This document shows, piece by piece, positions 8,354 through 16,882 of a DNA stretch of 22,102 nucleotides (positions are counted from its first letter, which is position 1; every line of letters starts with the position of its first letter). Both the position numbers and the translations under genes were made by a program. A model generated the notes under the pieces. That model made no database searches and was not told the origin of the DNA. It was given only the letters and a program-made list of their open reading frames with translations. The stretch covers positions 1 through 22,102 of the forward strand of contig JAYPIC010000007.1 in the NCBI GenBank assembly GCA_038127595.1. Reading direction: 5' to 3'. The stretch comes from a bacterium (GTDB lineage: Bacteria > Fidelibacterota > Marinisomatia > Marinisomatales > UBA1611).

Positions 8354-9841
8354 ATGAAAAAAGAAGAACCTGGGAAGTTTCCATATACCAGAGGTTTGTA
8401 CGAAAAAATGTACAATTCAAGGCTCTGGACGATGAGACAATACGCTGGATTTACCTCTGCTGAAGAGTCAAATAAAAGATTTAAATATCTTCTTGAAAAC
8501 GGAGTAATGGGATTGTCAGTGGCTTTTGATCTTCCTACGCAAATAGGTTATGACTCTGATCATGCCATGGCTGAGGGAGAAGTTGGTAAGGTCGGAGTTC
8601 CTATATCAACTTTAAATAATATAGAAACTCTTTTTAAAGGAATTCCACTGGATAAAGTTTCTACATCCATGACAATAAACTCTACTGCAGGTATTTTACT
8701 CGCTTTTTACATAGTAAATGCTGAAAACAAAGGTGTCCCATTTGCAAAGCTAAAAGGGACTATTCAAAATGATGTATTGAAAGAATTCGCTGCAAGGGGG
8801 ACATACATATACCCTCCTAAACCTTCCATAAAATTAGTTACTGATATCTTAGAATTTTGCGATCAAAATTTACCTAATTGGAACCCAATATCTATATCAG
8901 GTTACCATATTAGAGAGGCAGGAAGTACTGTTGAACAAGAGCTTGCATTTACATTGGCAAATGGCATTGCGTACATGGAAGCAGCAATTGAAAAAGGCTT
9001 AGACCCTAATAAATTGGGCCAAAGAATTTCTTTTTTCTTTAACGCCCACAATGGCTTCATTGAAGAAATTGCAAAATTTAGAGCTGCGCGAAAAATGTGG
9101 GCTTTAATTATGAAAAAACGATTTAAGGCCATAAATGAAAAGGCTATGATGTGTAGATTTCATACTCAAACAGGAGGTTCAACGTTAACCTCCGAACAGC
9201 CATCAAATAATATTATAAGAACTACCATTCAGGCTATGTCAGCTGTTTTAGGGGGAACGCAATCTTTGCATACAAATGGATTTGACGAAGCCCTTTCTTT
9301 GCCGTCAGATGATTCAGCAAAATTAGCTTTGCGCACGCAACAGATAATCGCACACGAAACTAATATTCCCAATTATCCTGATCCTTTTGGAGGAAGCTAT
9401 CTCATTGAAGAAATGACAAATAATTTTATCGAAAATTCCTTTAAAATAATAGATGAAATAGGTGAAATAGGTGGAGCATTAGAAGCAATAGAGAATGGTT
9501 GGATTGAAAACCAAATTTCTAAAAGTGCATACGAATATCAAAAAGGGATAGATGATAACTCAAATATTATAATTGGAGTAAATCAGTTTATCGATGAAAG
9601 CTCAGAAAGTGAACATACATTCCAGATTAATACAAAATCAGTAGATGAACAAATTGATTCACTCCACTTATATAAAAAAAATAGATCAAAAATTGATTTT
9701 AATGAAAAATTAAACATGCTGAAAAAAACAGCTGCTTCAAATGAAAATATTATGCCTGCTATTTTAGAATGTGTTAAAAACCAATGTACACTAGGGGAAA
9801 TTTCAGATACTTTAAGAGAAGTCTTTGGTAATCATGAGTAA
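8354..9841 (+). CDS. Methylmalonyl-CoA mutase large (substrate-binding TIM-barrel) subunit, without the B12-binding domain
   Basis: PGKFPYTRG, WTMRQYAGF, GLSVAFDLPTQIGYDSD, GTIQNDVLKEFAARGTY, SISGYHIREAG, GGTQSLHTN, DPFGGSY. Tyr in RQYAG and Arg in KEFAARG are the methylmalonyl-type determinants. No DxHxxG motif. Confidence 0.93.
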   Translation: MKKEEPGKFPYTRGLYEKMYNSRLWTMRQYAGFTSAEESNKRFKYLLENGVMGLSVAFDLPTQIGYDSDHAMAEGEVGKVGVPISTLNNIETLFKGIPLDKVSTSMTINSTAGILLAFYIVNAENKGVPFAKLKGTIQNDVLKEFAARGTYIYPPKPSIKLVTDILEFCDQNLPNWNPISISGYHIREAGSTVEQELAFTLANGIAYMEAAIEKGLDPNKLGQRISFFFNAHNGFIEEIAKFRAARKMWALIMKKRFKAINEKAMMCRFHTQTGGSTLTSEQPSNNIIRTTIQAMSAVLGGTQSLHTNGFDEALSLPSDDSAKLALRTQQIIAHETNIPNYPDPFGGSYLIEEMTNNFIENSFKIIDEIGEIGGALEAIENGWIENQISKSAYEYQKGIDDNSNIIIGVNQFIDESSESEHTFQINTKSVDEQIDSLHLYKKNRSKIDFNEKLNMLKKTAASNENIMPAILECVKNQCTLGEISDTLREVFGNHE

Positions 9842-10430
9842 TCATAATATTCAAAAAATAGGTATAATAATATCCTACCTTATCCATCCTATGGTCATAT
9901 CTTTTGTGACATTTTTATACCTTATCTATTACTCAAATATATTGATCGAAGATAAAAATTTAATATTTATACTATGCTTTACGTTCAGCACGATATCGCC
10001 AATAGCCACATTTTATTTTTTAAAAAAAAACAATCTAATATCAGATTTAGATGCTTCAAAAAAAGAGGAGCGTCTACTGCCAATGGCCTTTGGTGCATTA
10101 TTTTTTCTTCTGGGGTTTGTAACTCTTAGAATGTTGAATGCACAATTGCTAATTCAAGGCATAATGTTCTGCGGCATGATAAATGTTATTCTAGCTTGGT
10201 TGATTACAAACTATTGGAAAATTTCCATACATGCCATTACACTTTCATCGAGTATTACAATATTTTGGATATTTGGATATCAAAATGTTTTTATCGTTAT
10301 TTTAATACTTTTTATTTTAATAATTGGCCGCCTCCTAGCACAAGCACACGACTTAAATCAAATTATGGCTGGTATTTTTTTAGGTATTATATCTACCTTT
10401 ACGTGTTACACTATTTTATTTTTACAATAA
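9834..10430 (+). CDS. Multi-pass membrane protein, PAP2-superfamily-like
   Basis: About 6 TM segments. KISIH and GRLLAQAHDLNQ resemble PAP2 motifs 2 and 3; motif 1 is absent. ATG at 9834 overlaps the mutase end and is preferred to the track's TTG at 9825. Confidence 0.65.
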   Translation: MSNHNIQKIGIIISYLIHPMVISFVTFLYLIYYSNILIEDKNLIFILCFTFSTISPIATFYFLKKNNLISDLDASKKEERLLPMAFGALFFLLGFVTLRMLNAQLLIQGIMFCGMINVILAWLITNYWKISIHAITLSSSITIFWIFGYQNVFIVILILFILIIGRLLAQAHDLNQIMAGIFLGIISTFTCYTILFLQ

Positions 10431-11197
10431 TGATATTTACACAACTGATTCAAACAAATCTGCGAACAAAGGAACTTGGTAAAAAAGTAGAGTATTATAA
10501 CCGACTTGATTCCACAAACGAGGAAGCATGGGAGTTATTAGATGAAGGATATCAGCACGGTTCAGTTATCATCACAGAAAATCAAACAAAAGGTAAAGGC
10601 AGACAAAGTAATTCATGGTCTACTATAGCAGGTAAGGGTCTAGCATTTACCCTAATTCTTGATAAAGAATATTCTAATTCATTTTCCAGTTTTATTTCAC
10701 TTGCGGCTGGAATATCCATTGTAGAGTCTATTATGAAACGAGGTGTTGATTGTTTATTAAAGTGGCCAAATGATATATTTGCTTCAAATAAAAAAATTGG
10801 AGGAATTCTTTGTGAAAGTAAAATAAAAGATAAGCGTATAAAAAAAATGATTATTGGTATAGGATTAAATGTAAATGAAACAGTTGAAGAACATCCGCAA
10901 GATATACAAGATTATATTTCGACAATGTATAGCATAACAAATCATGCTCACCAAAGGGAGTTAATTGTTGCTGAATTTTTAAATAGCTTTGAAAAGTGGA
11001 TGAACAAAATTGAAGATGAACCAGCTAAAATTGTAGAGACATGGAATATCCATTGCATGCACATAAATAAAAGTATCTCTTTTTTCGACAGAGGAAAGAA
11101 AAACGAAGGTACCTTTATTGGGCTTAATGACGAAGGATTTGCAAAAATTGATATTAATGGAAAGATTGAAACCTTTAATTCAATTAATATCACTTAA
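10430..11197 (+). CDS. birA: Biotin--[acetyl-CoA-carboxylase] ligase, monofunctional (no HTH domain)
   Basis: LDSTNEEA, ENQTKGKGRQ..W, LKWPNDI...KKIGGILCE, IGIGLNVN. True start is most likely the ATG at 10430 (TAATG overlap with the upstream stop), giving 255 aa. The track's N-terminal extension is spurious. Confidence 0.93.
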   Translation: MIFTQLIQTNLRTKELGKKVEYYNRLDSTNEEAWELLDEGYQHGSVIITENQTKGKGRQSNSWSTIAGKGLAFTLILDKEYSNSFSSFISLAAGISIVESIMKRGVDCLLKWPNDIFASNKKIGGILCESKIKDKRIKKMIIGIGLNVNETVEEHPQDIQDYISTMYSITNHAHQRELIVAEFLNSFEKWMNKIEDEPAKIVETWNIHCMHINKSISFFDRGKKNEGTFIGLNDEGFAKIDINGKIETFNSINIT

Positions 11198-11237
11198 TAA
11201 ATATTGCTTACACTTTAACGTAGCATAGCTAATTTTA

Positions 11238-11666
11238 ATGATGAATAAAGAAAAAATATTACAATGTCTTAATAACATTCTCGAGCTTGAACTTGCTGGA
11301 GTGGTGAGATACACACATTATGCTTTTATGGTACAAGGTCCTTACAGGCTTAGCGTGGTAGATTGGCTCAGAGAGCAGGCAAAAGAGTCTTTAATGCATG
11401 CTGAGATGGTAGGTGAACATATTACTAGCCTTGGAGAACATCCCACGCTAAAAATTGGAGAGCTATTAGAAACTCATAAACACTCAACAGAAGATATATT
11501 AAATGAGTGTCTTGAGCATGAAAGGTCTGCTATTAAAGCTTATTATGACCTGTTAGAAAATATTGATGGTAAATCAATTATGCTTGAAGAGTACGCTCGA
11601 ACGATGATTGCTACAGAAGAGATGCACGAAGCTGAGCTTAAAAAAATGCTAAGAGATAACTTTTAA
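11238..11666 (+). CDS. Bacterioferritin-like / ferritin-like four-helix protein
   Basis: LNNILELELAGVVRYTHY...ESLMHAE..GEHI..LGEHP...LEHERSAIKAY...EEMH follows the ferritin-like helix and ligand spacing. Confidence 0.82.
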   Translation: MMNKEKILQCLNNILELELAGVVRYTHYAFMVQGPYRLSVVDWLREQAKESLMHAEMVGEHITSLGEHPTLKIGELLETHKHSTEDILNECLEHERSAIKAYYDLLENIDGKSIMLEEYARTMIATEEMHEAELKKMLRDNF

Positions 11667-11674
11667 GTTATACT

Positions 11675-12850
11675 CTAAGAATCATAAGCCGCGATCCCCG
11701 TAACAGATTGACCTAAAATTAGTGAGTGCATCTCATGTGTGCCCTCATAAGTAAATACAGTTTCTATGTTTGTCATATGCCTCATCGGAGAATAATCTTC
11801 CATTATTCCATTCCCTCCTAATATCTCACGGCATGTCCTAGCTACATCTCGAGCCATTTTACAATGATTCCTTTTAGCTAAAGAAACTTGGTCAAATCTC
11901 ATTTTATTTTGGTCTTTTAATCTTCCAAGCTGATAAACGGTTAATTGAGCCAATGTTATTTGGGTTATCATCTCTGCAAATTTTGATTGTGTCAACTGAT
12001 AACCTGCAATTGGCTTACTAAACTGCTTTCTTTCTAATGAATAATCTAGTGCAGTTTGGTAACAATCAACCGCTGCTCCAACCATTCCCCAAGCTATTCC
12101 ATATCTAGCTTGTGTCAAGCAAGATAGAGGACCTTTAAGACCTTCTATATTAGGCAGTCTAGAACTATCAGGAACCCTTACATTCACCATTGAGAGTTCT
12201 GAAGTAACTGAGGCTCTTAAACTCAATTTACCGTGAATGTCATTGGATGTAAAACCTTCCATACCTTTTTCTAATAAAAAGCCCCTGACTATGCCGTCCT
12301 CATCTTTTGCCCACACAAGAGCTACATCAGCGAGACTCCCATTAGTGATCCACATTTTTGAACCATTAATTATCCATTCATCCCCATCTTTTTTAGCAGT
12401 AGTTGCCATTCCTCCTGGGTTTGAGCCAAAATTTGATTCAGTTAAACCAAAACAGCCAATAAGCTCACCAGCTCCTAATCCAGGCAGCCATTTTTCTTTT
12501 TGTTCATTGGAACCATATGCATGAATTGGATACATTACTAAAGAGCCTTGGACGCTTGCGAAAGAACGCAAACCTGAATCACCTCTTTCAAGCTCGTGAA
12601 GAATTAATCCATAAGCAACATTACTTACCCCTGCACCTCCACTTTCTTCAGGCAAGGCAGAACCCATAAAACCCAATTCACCTAATTTTGTTGCAATCTC
12701 TAAAGGAAAAGTTCCTTTATCAAAATGTTCATTGATGATTGGCTTAAACTCATTTGATACAAAATCATGAGCTGTTTTTTGAATGAATAGTTCTTCCTCA
12801 GTTAATAAATCTGATATATTGTAAAAATCTGGACCAATAAGTTTCATCAC
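11675..12850 (-). CDS. gcdH: Glutaryl-CoA dehydrogenase
   Basis: YGLILHELERGDSGLRSFASVQGSLVMYPIHAYGS, GCFGLTE.NFGSNPGGM, KMWITN, KLSLRASVT, GPLSCLTQARYGIAWG, ILGGNGI...TYEGTHEMHSLILG are GcdH-specific. Start is GTG 12850 or ATG 12847, with SD AGGA. Confidence 0.92.
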   Translation of the reverse strand: MMKLIGPDFYNISDLLTEEELFIQKTAHDFVSNEFKPIINEHFDKGTFPLEIATKLGELGFMGSALPEESGGAGVSNVAYGLILHELERGDSGLRSFASVQGSLVMYPIHAYGSNEQKEKWLPGLGAGELIGCFGLTESNFGSNPGGMATTAKKDGDEWIINGSKMWITNGSLADVALVWAKDEDGIVRGFLLEKGMEGFTSNDIHGKLSLRASVTSELSMVNVRVPDSSRLPNIEGLKGPLSCLTQARYGIAWGMVGAAVDCYQTALDYSLERKQFSKPIAGYQLTQSKFAEMITQITLAQLTVYQLGRLKDQNKMRFDQVSLAKRNHCKMARDVARTCREILGGNGIMEDYSPMRHMTNIETVFTYEGTHEMHSLILGQSVTGIAAYDS

Positions 12851-12918
12851 GTTATCCTAAATCTGTTAATATAAATTAATCTAATATAGTAAAAAAAGTA
12901 AACTCTGATAATTTGCGG

Positions 12919-13932
12919 TTATAACACCAAGTTTTTTTGTTCTTCTATACCCATTGAAACGACAAAAGGGTTGTTTTTTTGAGTGCTGAGAAAATCCTGT
13001 TTTGATTTCAATCCATTCCACTGCTGATTAATAAGTATTTGTGCCACTGGACCACCTAATGAATTTCCAGGCCCAAGTAACACAACATGATCTGGACAAA
13101 ATTCTTTTAATGCAACAGAAACGGAACTAGAAAAATCATATTTTTTTATAACTTGATAAGTTAGCGTATAATTATAGAGCTCACTTACATTAGTTGACCA
13201 AGGACTCCAAATATTACCTCTACCATCAATTAAAGGTATTTTAGGTTTACTAAAAATAGCTCTATCTAATTTTGATTCTGCCAAACTAGGAATTTTTTCT
13301 AATAACTCAGTGTGAAAAGCAGAATGAAAGGGTATTTGAAAAGGATATTTATCTATTTTGGGAAGTTTTTTTAGCAAATGATCTAATTGACTTTGTAAAC
13401 CTGCAATTACTAAATAACCTCCTAATTTTATAGATACTTTAGCACCTATTTTCAATATTTCTTTTAAAACAGATTCATAAAGTTTTTCATCTTTACACCA
13501 ATCATCATCAACAATGGGATAAATGATTTGGCCACCTTGCCCATTTTCATGGGTCAAAGTTCCCATTTCTTGGATTAACTTAAATCCATCTTCATAGCTT
13601 AGGGAGCCCCCTAGTGCTAACGATATGTACCATCCCATAGAATTACCACAAATAGCTACTACCTCATACTTTTGCTGATCAATTGAAAAAAAATCTTTTA
13701 AACTGCAAGCGTAAATTAAAGGAGAGGCATTTTCTCCGCTCATATGAGTTTTTGTTCGGAAAGTGCCTGAGTCTAATTCGCTTATGCTAGGTAAGCCTTC
13801 AGACAATCTTACTTTATCATGAGATCTTATTAAAGAAGTCAGACTAGAATCACTAAATGCTAAATAATTGGAAGTCTCCCTTGAATAAGATCCTCTTCCA
13901 GGGCATATTACAATTATTCGCTTCTTAGTCAT
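12919..13932 (-). CDS. FabD-fold (ACP S-malonyltransferase-like) serine acyltransferase with non-canonical substrate pocket
   Basis: CPGRGSY (cf. FPGQGSQ), GNSMG (cf. GHSLG), SAFHT (cf. AFHS), LGPG. True start is most likely ATG 13932 (MTKKRIIVICPG, 337 aa), overlapping the end of the E1 gene by 8 nt. Confidence 0.85.
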   Translation of the reverse strand: MTKKRIIVICPGRGSYSRETSNYLAFSDSSLTSLIRSHDKVRLSEGLPSISELDSGTFRTKTHMSGENASPLIYACSLKDFFSIDQQKYEVVAICGNSMGWYISLALGGSLSYEDGFKLIQEMGTLTHENGQGGQIIYPIVDDDWCKDEKLYESVLKEILKIGAKVSIKLGGYLVIAGLQSQLDHLLKKLPKIDKYPFQIPFHSAFHTELLEKIPSLAESKLDRAIFSKPKIPLIDGRGNIWSPWSTNVSELYNYTLTYQVIKKYDFSSSVSVALKEFCPDHVVLLGPGNSLGGPVAQILINQQWNGLKSKQDFLSTQKNNPFVVSMGIEEQKNLVL

Positions 13933-16141
13933 CTTTGTATAGTTTAATTGCATTATTATAGATCGATTGAATGTTAGGCAATGTTGATGTAGCAGCCATT
14001 CCAAGAGGGATAAAACTATCTTTAGCTGAATGTAATTTTACTACGATATTACTTTTTAATTTTGAATATAATGATGACATCAATCCTTCTCCGTAAGAAC
14101 CCGATCGTCTACACTCATCAACAATAAGAATTTTTTTTGATGGATGTACTTCATTAATAATTTGATCAATTTTAATATCAGACAGCCAGCATAAATCAAT
14201 TATTTTTATTTTATTGCTAATAGCTTTTTCAATTTTTGGTTTCGCTTTCAAAGAATGATAAAGACCGTTACCATAGCTGATAATCGTAAGTGCATCGCCT
14301 TCACCATATTTTACATATTCGCCAATTTCATGTTCCTCATTTGGGCTGGGGTAATTAAAAGACCACCTATTATCTTTATTTTTATGCAAATCCTTAGTCA
14401 TATAAAGAGCAATAGGCTCAATGAAAACTATAATTCTACCATTCATATAAGCATGTTTTGCTGCAGTTCTGAGCATTTTCACGGCGTCCACACCATTTGA
14501 AGGACATGCAACTACGACCCCTGGTATATCTCGAAAAATAGATAAGGAATTATCATTATGAAAATGTCCACCAAAACCTTTTTGATAGGCAAGTCCAGCA
14601 ATTCTTATAATCATTGGATTAGTATATTGGGACTTACTAAAGAAAGATAAAGTAGCTGCCTCACCCCTTAGTTGATCTTCAGCATTATGAAGGTAAGCAA
14701 GAAATTGAATTTCAGGTATTGGTAAAAATCCATTGTGAGCTAGTCCAGATGCAAATCCTAATATTGACGTTTCATCTAATGGACTGTTAAATACTCTACG
14801 AATTGAAAATTGCTCGTATAAGCCAGCGGTGATATGATAAACACCTCCCTTTTTTGCTACATCCTCCCCAAAGATTAGTGCATTATCATATTGCAACATA
14901 ATATCTATAAGGGCATAATTAATTAATTTGGCCATGCTTGCTGGTCTATTTAGCCTATTGTAATCCTTTCCAAAAAGTTTTTCTCTTTTGTCCTCATTTG
15001 GTAATGCTGGAACATCTTTCCGAATGTTTTTTGGGACTATAGATGTCATCACATCTGATGCTTTTTCTAATTTTGGTTTTAATGTTGCATGGTCAAAAAT
15101 ATAGCTTATCCTCTTTCTGCAATTTTCATATAAATCAATAATTTCATAAGAGGATAAAACTTTATTCTTTATCAGAGTTGCAGCGCTACAGAGCAAAGGG
15201 TCTTTACTTTCAGCATTTTCTATTTGATCTAGGTCCAAATAACTGAGCTCAATATCTGAACCAGCATGCCCCATTAATCTTACTGTTTTCATATGTAAAA
15301 ATACAGGAGCTCTTTTGCTTCGACAATGAGACTCCGCTTCTTTAGCAGTCTTAATGGTATCGAAAATATCTAAACCATTACAGCTTAAATATTTTAGATG
15401 TTCTTGATCAGAAAAAGTTTTCCCAATCCAATCTTTTGGTGTTGGCACAGAGATACCTAAACCATTATCCTCACAAATAAAAACTATTGGAACATTCCCT
15501 CCAATACTTCTAATCCACCTAGCTGTATTTATGCCTGAAAGAGCTGTGGCATGATTAGCGCTTGCATCACCAAAACTACATAGTACAAGGCTATTAGATT
15601 CTAATTCTTTCTCCTTGATTTTAAGGTCTCTAGCTCTGTCAATCCCAAAAGCTGTTCCAACTGCTTTTGGGATATGACTAGCAATAGTACTAGTTTGTGG
15701 AGGCACATTTAACTTTTTAGACCCAATGACTTTATGCCTACCTCCGCTAATTGGATCATCTGAAGAAGCCATGAAAGATAAAGCCATATCATACAAAGGA
15801 CTACTGCCAGGAATTTGTTTAGATCTCTCAATAAAAAATGGGCCACTGCGATAATGTAAAAAAGCTATATCAGTATATGGGAAAATATGTCCAAAAACTG
15901 CATTTGATTCATGGCCAGAGCTACCGATGGTATAAAAACATTCACCTTTCTCCTTTAGCTCTCTAGCTTTGATATCCATATGTCTACTAAAAACTTGACT
16001 TTCAAAAATAGATATTATGTCACTTGCTTTAAGGCCAAGATCTGAAATAGAATGTTTAGTTATGGTGCCCGGAAGTGAACCATTTTTCAATTTTTGTAAA
16101 AAATTTATATCAAGTATCTCAGCTCTATTGTATGGATTCAT
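13925..16141 (-). CDS. Fused ThDP-dependent 2-oxoacid dehydrogenase E1 alpha/beta
   Basis: Alpha part: FYTIGSSGHE, LHYR, ThDP motif FGDAS...FICEDNGLGIS, RLMGHAGSD. Beta part: FGEDV..KGGV...RVFNSPLDETSILG, EIQFLAY, GGHFH, FIEP..LY, IVDE. Confidence 0.92.
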   Translation of the reverse strand: MNPYNRAEILDINFLQKLKNGSLPGTITKHSISDLGLKASDIISIFESQVFSRHMDIKARELKEKGECFYTIGSSGHESNAVFGHIFPYTDIAFLHYRSGPFFIERSKQIPGSSPLYDMALSFMASSDDPISGGRHKVIGSKKLNVPPQTSTIASHIPKAVGTAFGIDRARDLKIKEKELESNSLVLCSFGDASANHATALSGINTARWIRSIGGNVPIVFICEDNGLGISVPTPKDWIGKTFSDQEHLKYLSCNGLDIFDTIKTAKEAESHCRSKRAPVFLHMKTVRLMGHAGSDIELSYLDLDQIENAESKDPLLCSAATLIKNKVLSSYEIIDLYENCRKRISYIFDHATLKPKLEKASDVMTSIVPKNIRKDVPALPNEDKREKLFGKDYNRLNRPASMAKLINYALIDIMLQYDNALIFGEDVAKKGGVYHITAGLYEQFSIRRVFNSPLDETSILGFASGLAHNGFLPIPEIQFLAYLHNAEDQLRGEAATLSFFSKSQYTNPMIIRIAGLAYQKGFGGHFHNDNSLSIFRDIPGVVVACPSNGVDAVKMLRTAAKHAYMNGRIIVFIEPIALYMTKDLHKNKDNRWSFNYPSPNEEHEIGEYVKYGEGDALTIISYGNGLYHSLKAKPKIEKAISNKIKIIDLCWLSDIKIDQIINEVHPSKKILIVDECRRSGSYGEGLMSSLYSKLKSNIVVKLHSAKDSFIPLGMAATSTLPNIQSIYNNAIKLYKDD

Positions 16142-16170
16142 ATTGAAAGGCTAAATGATTTAAATATGTT

Positions 16171-16869
16171 TTATTTTTTCTTTATTAATTTAGCAGGGAT
16201 TCCGCCCCAAACTTCGCCTGCAGGGACATTTGTATATTTAGGGACTATCGCCCTTGATGCAATCACCGCACCATCGCCAATTTCGCACCCTGGATTAATT
16301 TGTGCACCTAAACCAACAAGACAATTATTGCCTATTTTTATGGGAGCAAAAACCAGCTCATTTTTTTCTGCTAGATGAGGAGTTATAATAACTTTCGAAC
16401 CAATGACTGTATTTTCTCCAATTGAAACTAAATATGGGTCATTTATACGATCACTGCTTACAAAAGAACCTTTACCAATTGTGCAACCTAAAGATCTGTA
16501 GTAAAAATCAGTTACCCATGATGGGACCATATGGTGGATACAAGGTTTTGCTAATCGATCTAAAACATTCAAAAATCCCCATCGAATAGAGGTTATTGAT
16601 AAAAATGGCACTCTAACTGAGCCTATGGAAGGTTTTAAAATAAAACTTAATATAGATGTAAGGAAAATTGTTGATAGCATCCACATAACATATGCAACCC
16701 CTGTGCTAACACCAATTAGCATAGCTCGCTCAAAATTTGAATAATTAGCTGTATTTTGAAAGATGTTTAAAAAAAGATAAACACCTGGAGCTGCACAAAT
16801 GCCCCAATGAAGTCCCGTATATAGAATTACAATAGTTGTTAAGAAATTTTGAATAATTTTCCACAACAT
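16171..16869 (-). CDS. Membrane-anchored hexapeptide-repeat (left-handed beta-helix) acyltransferase-like protein
   Basis: Two N-terminal hydrophobic stretches, then YRSLGCTIGKG, VSIGENTVIG, IKIGNNCLVG, CEIGDGAVIA, VWGGIPAKLIK. Start is probably ATG 16869 (MLWKIIQN); the track's start lies inside thyX. Confidence 0.8.
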   Translation of the reverse strand: MLWKIIQNFLTTIVILYTGLHWGICAAPGVYLFLNIFQNTANYSNFERAMLIGVSTGVAYVMWMLSTIFLTSILSFILKPSIGSVRVPFLSITSIRWGFLNVLDRLAKPCIHHMVPSWVTDFYYRSLGCTIGKGSFVSSDRINDPYLVSIGENTVIGSKVIITPHLAEKNELVFAPIKIGNNCLVGLGAQINPGCEIGDGAVIASRAIVPKYTNVPAGEVWGGIPAKLIKKK

Positions 16870-16882
16870 GATTTGTTCTATT

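Noticed and set aside
9828..9845. Tandem GTAATCAT at the mutase / PAP2-like junction
   Set aside because: An 8-bp duplicate, compatible with chance and overlapping coding constraints; no mobile element associated.
10196..10429. Apparent aromatic-rich N-terminal extension of BirA
   Set aside because: Off-frame reading of the upstream membrane-protein gene; the TAATG overlap marks the real start.
11195..11237. Possible Fur box upstream of the ferritin-like gene
   Set aside because: AT-rich but no convincing GATAATGATAATCATTATC-like palindrome.
13933..14004. N-terminal extension of the acyltransferase in the ORF track (likewise 16870-16944 for the beta-helix protein)
   Set aside because: Overlaps the upstream gene; an internal ATG at the gene junction fits the domain start better.
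12919..16869. PKS or fatty-acid biosynthetic gene cluster interpretation
   Set aside because: No ketosynthase, ACP or adenylation domain in the window, and the acyltransferase lacks the malonyl-binding Arg. Partners acting in trans cannot be excluded.
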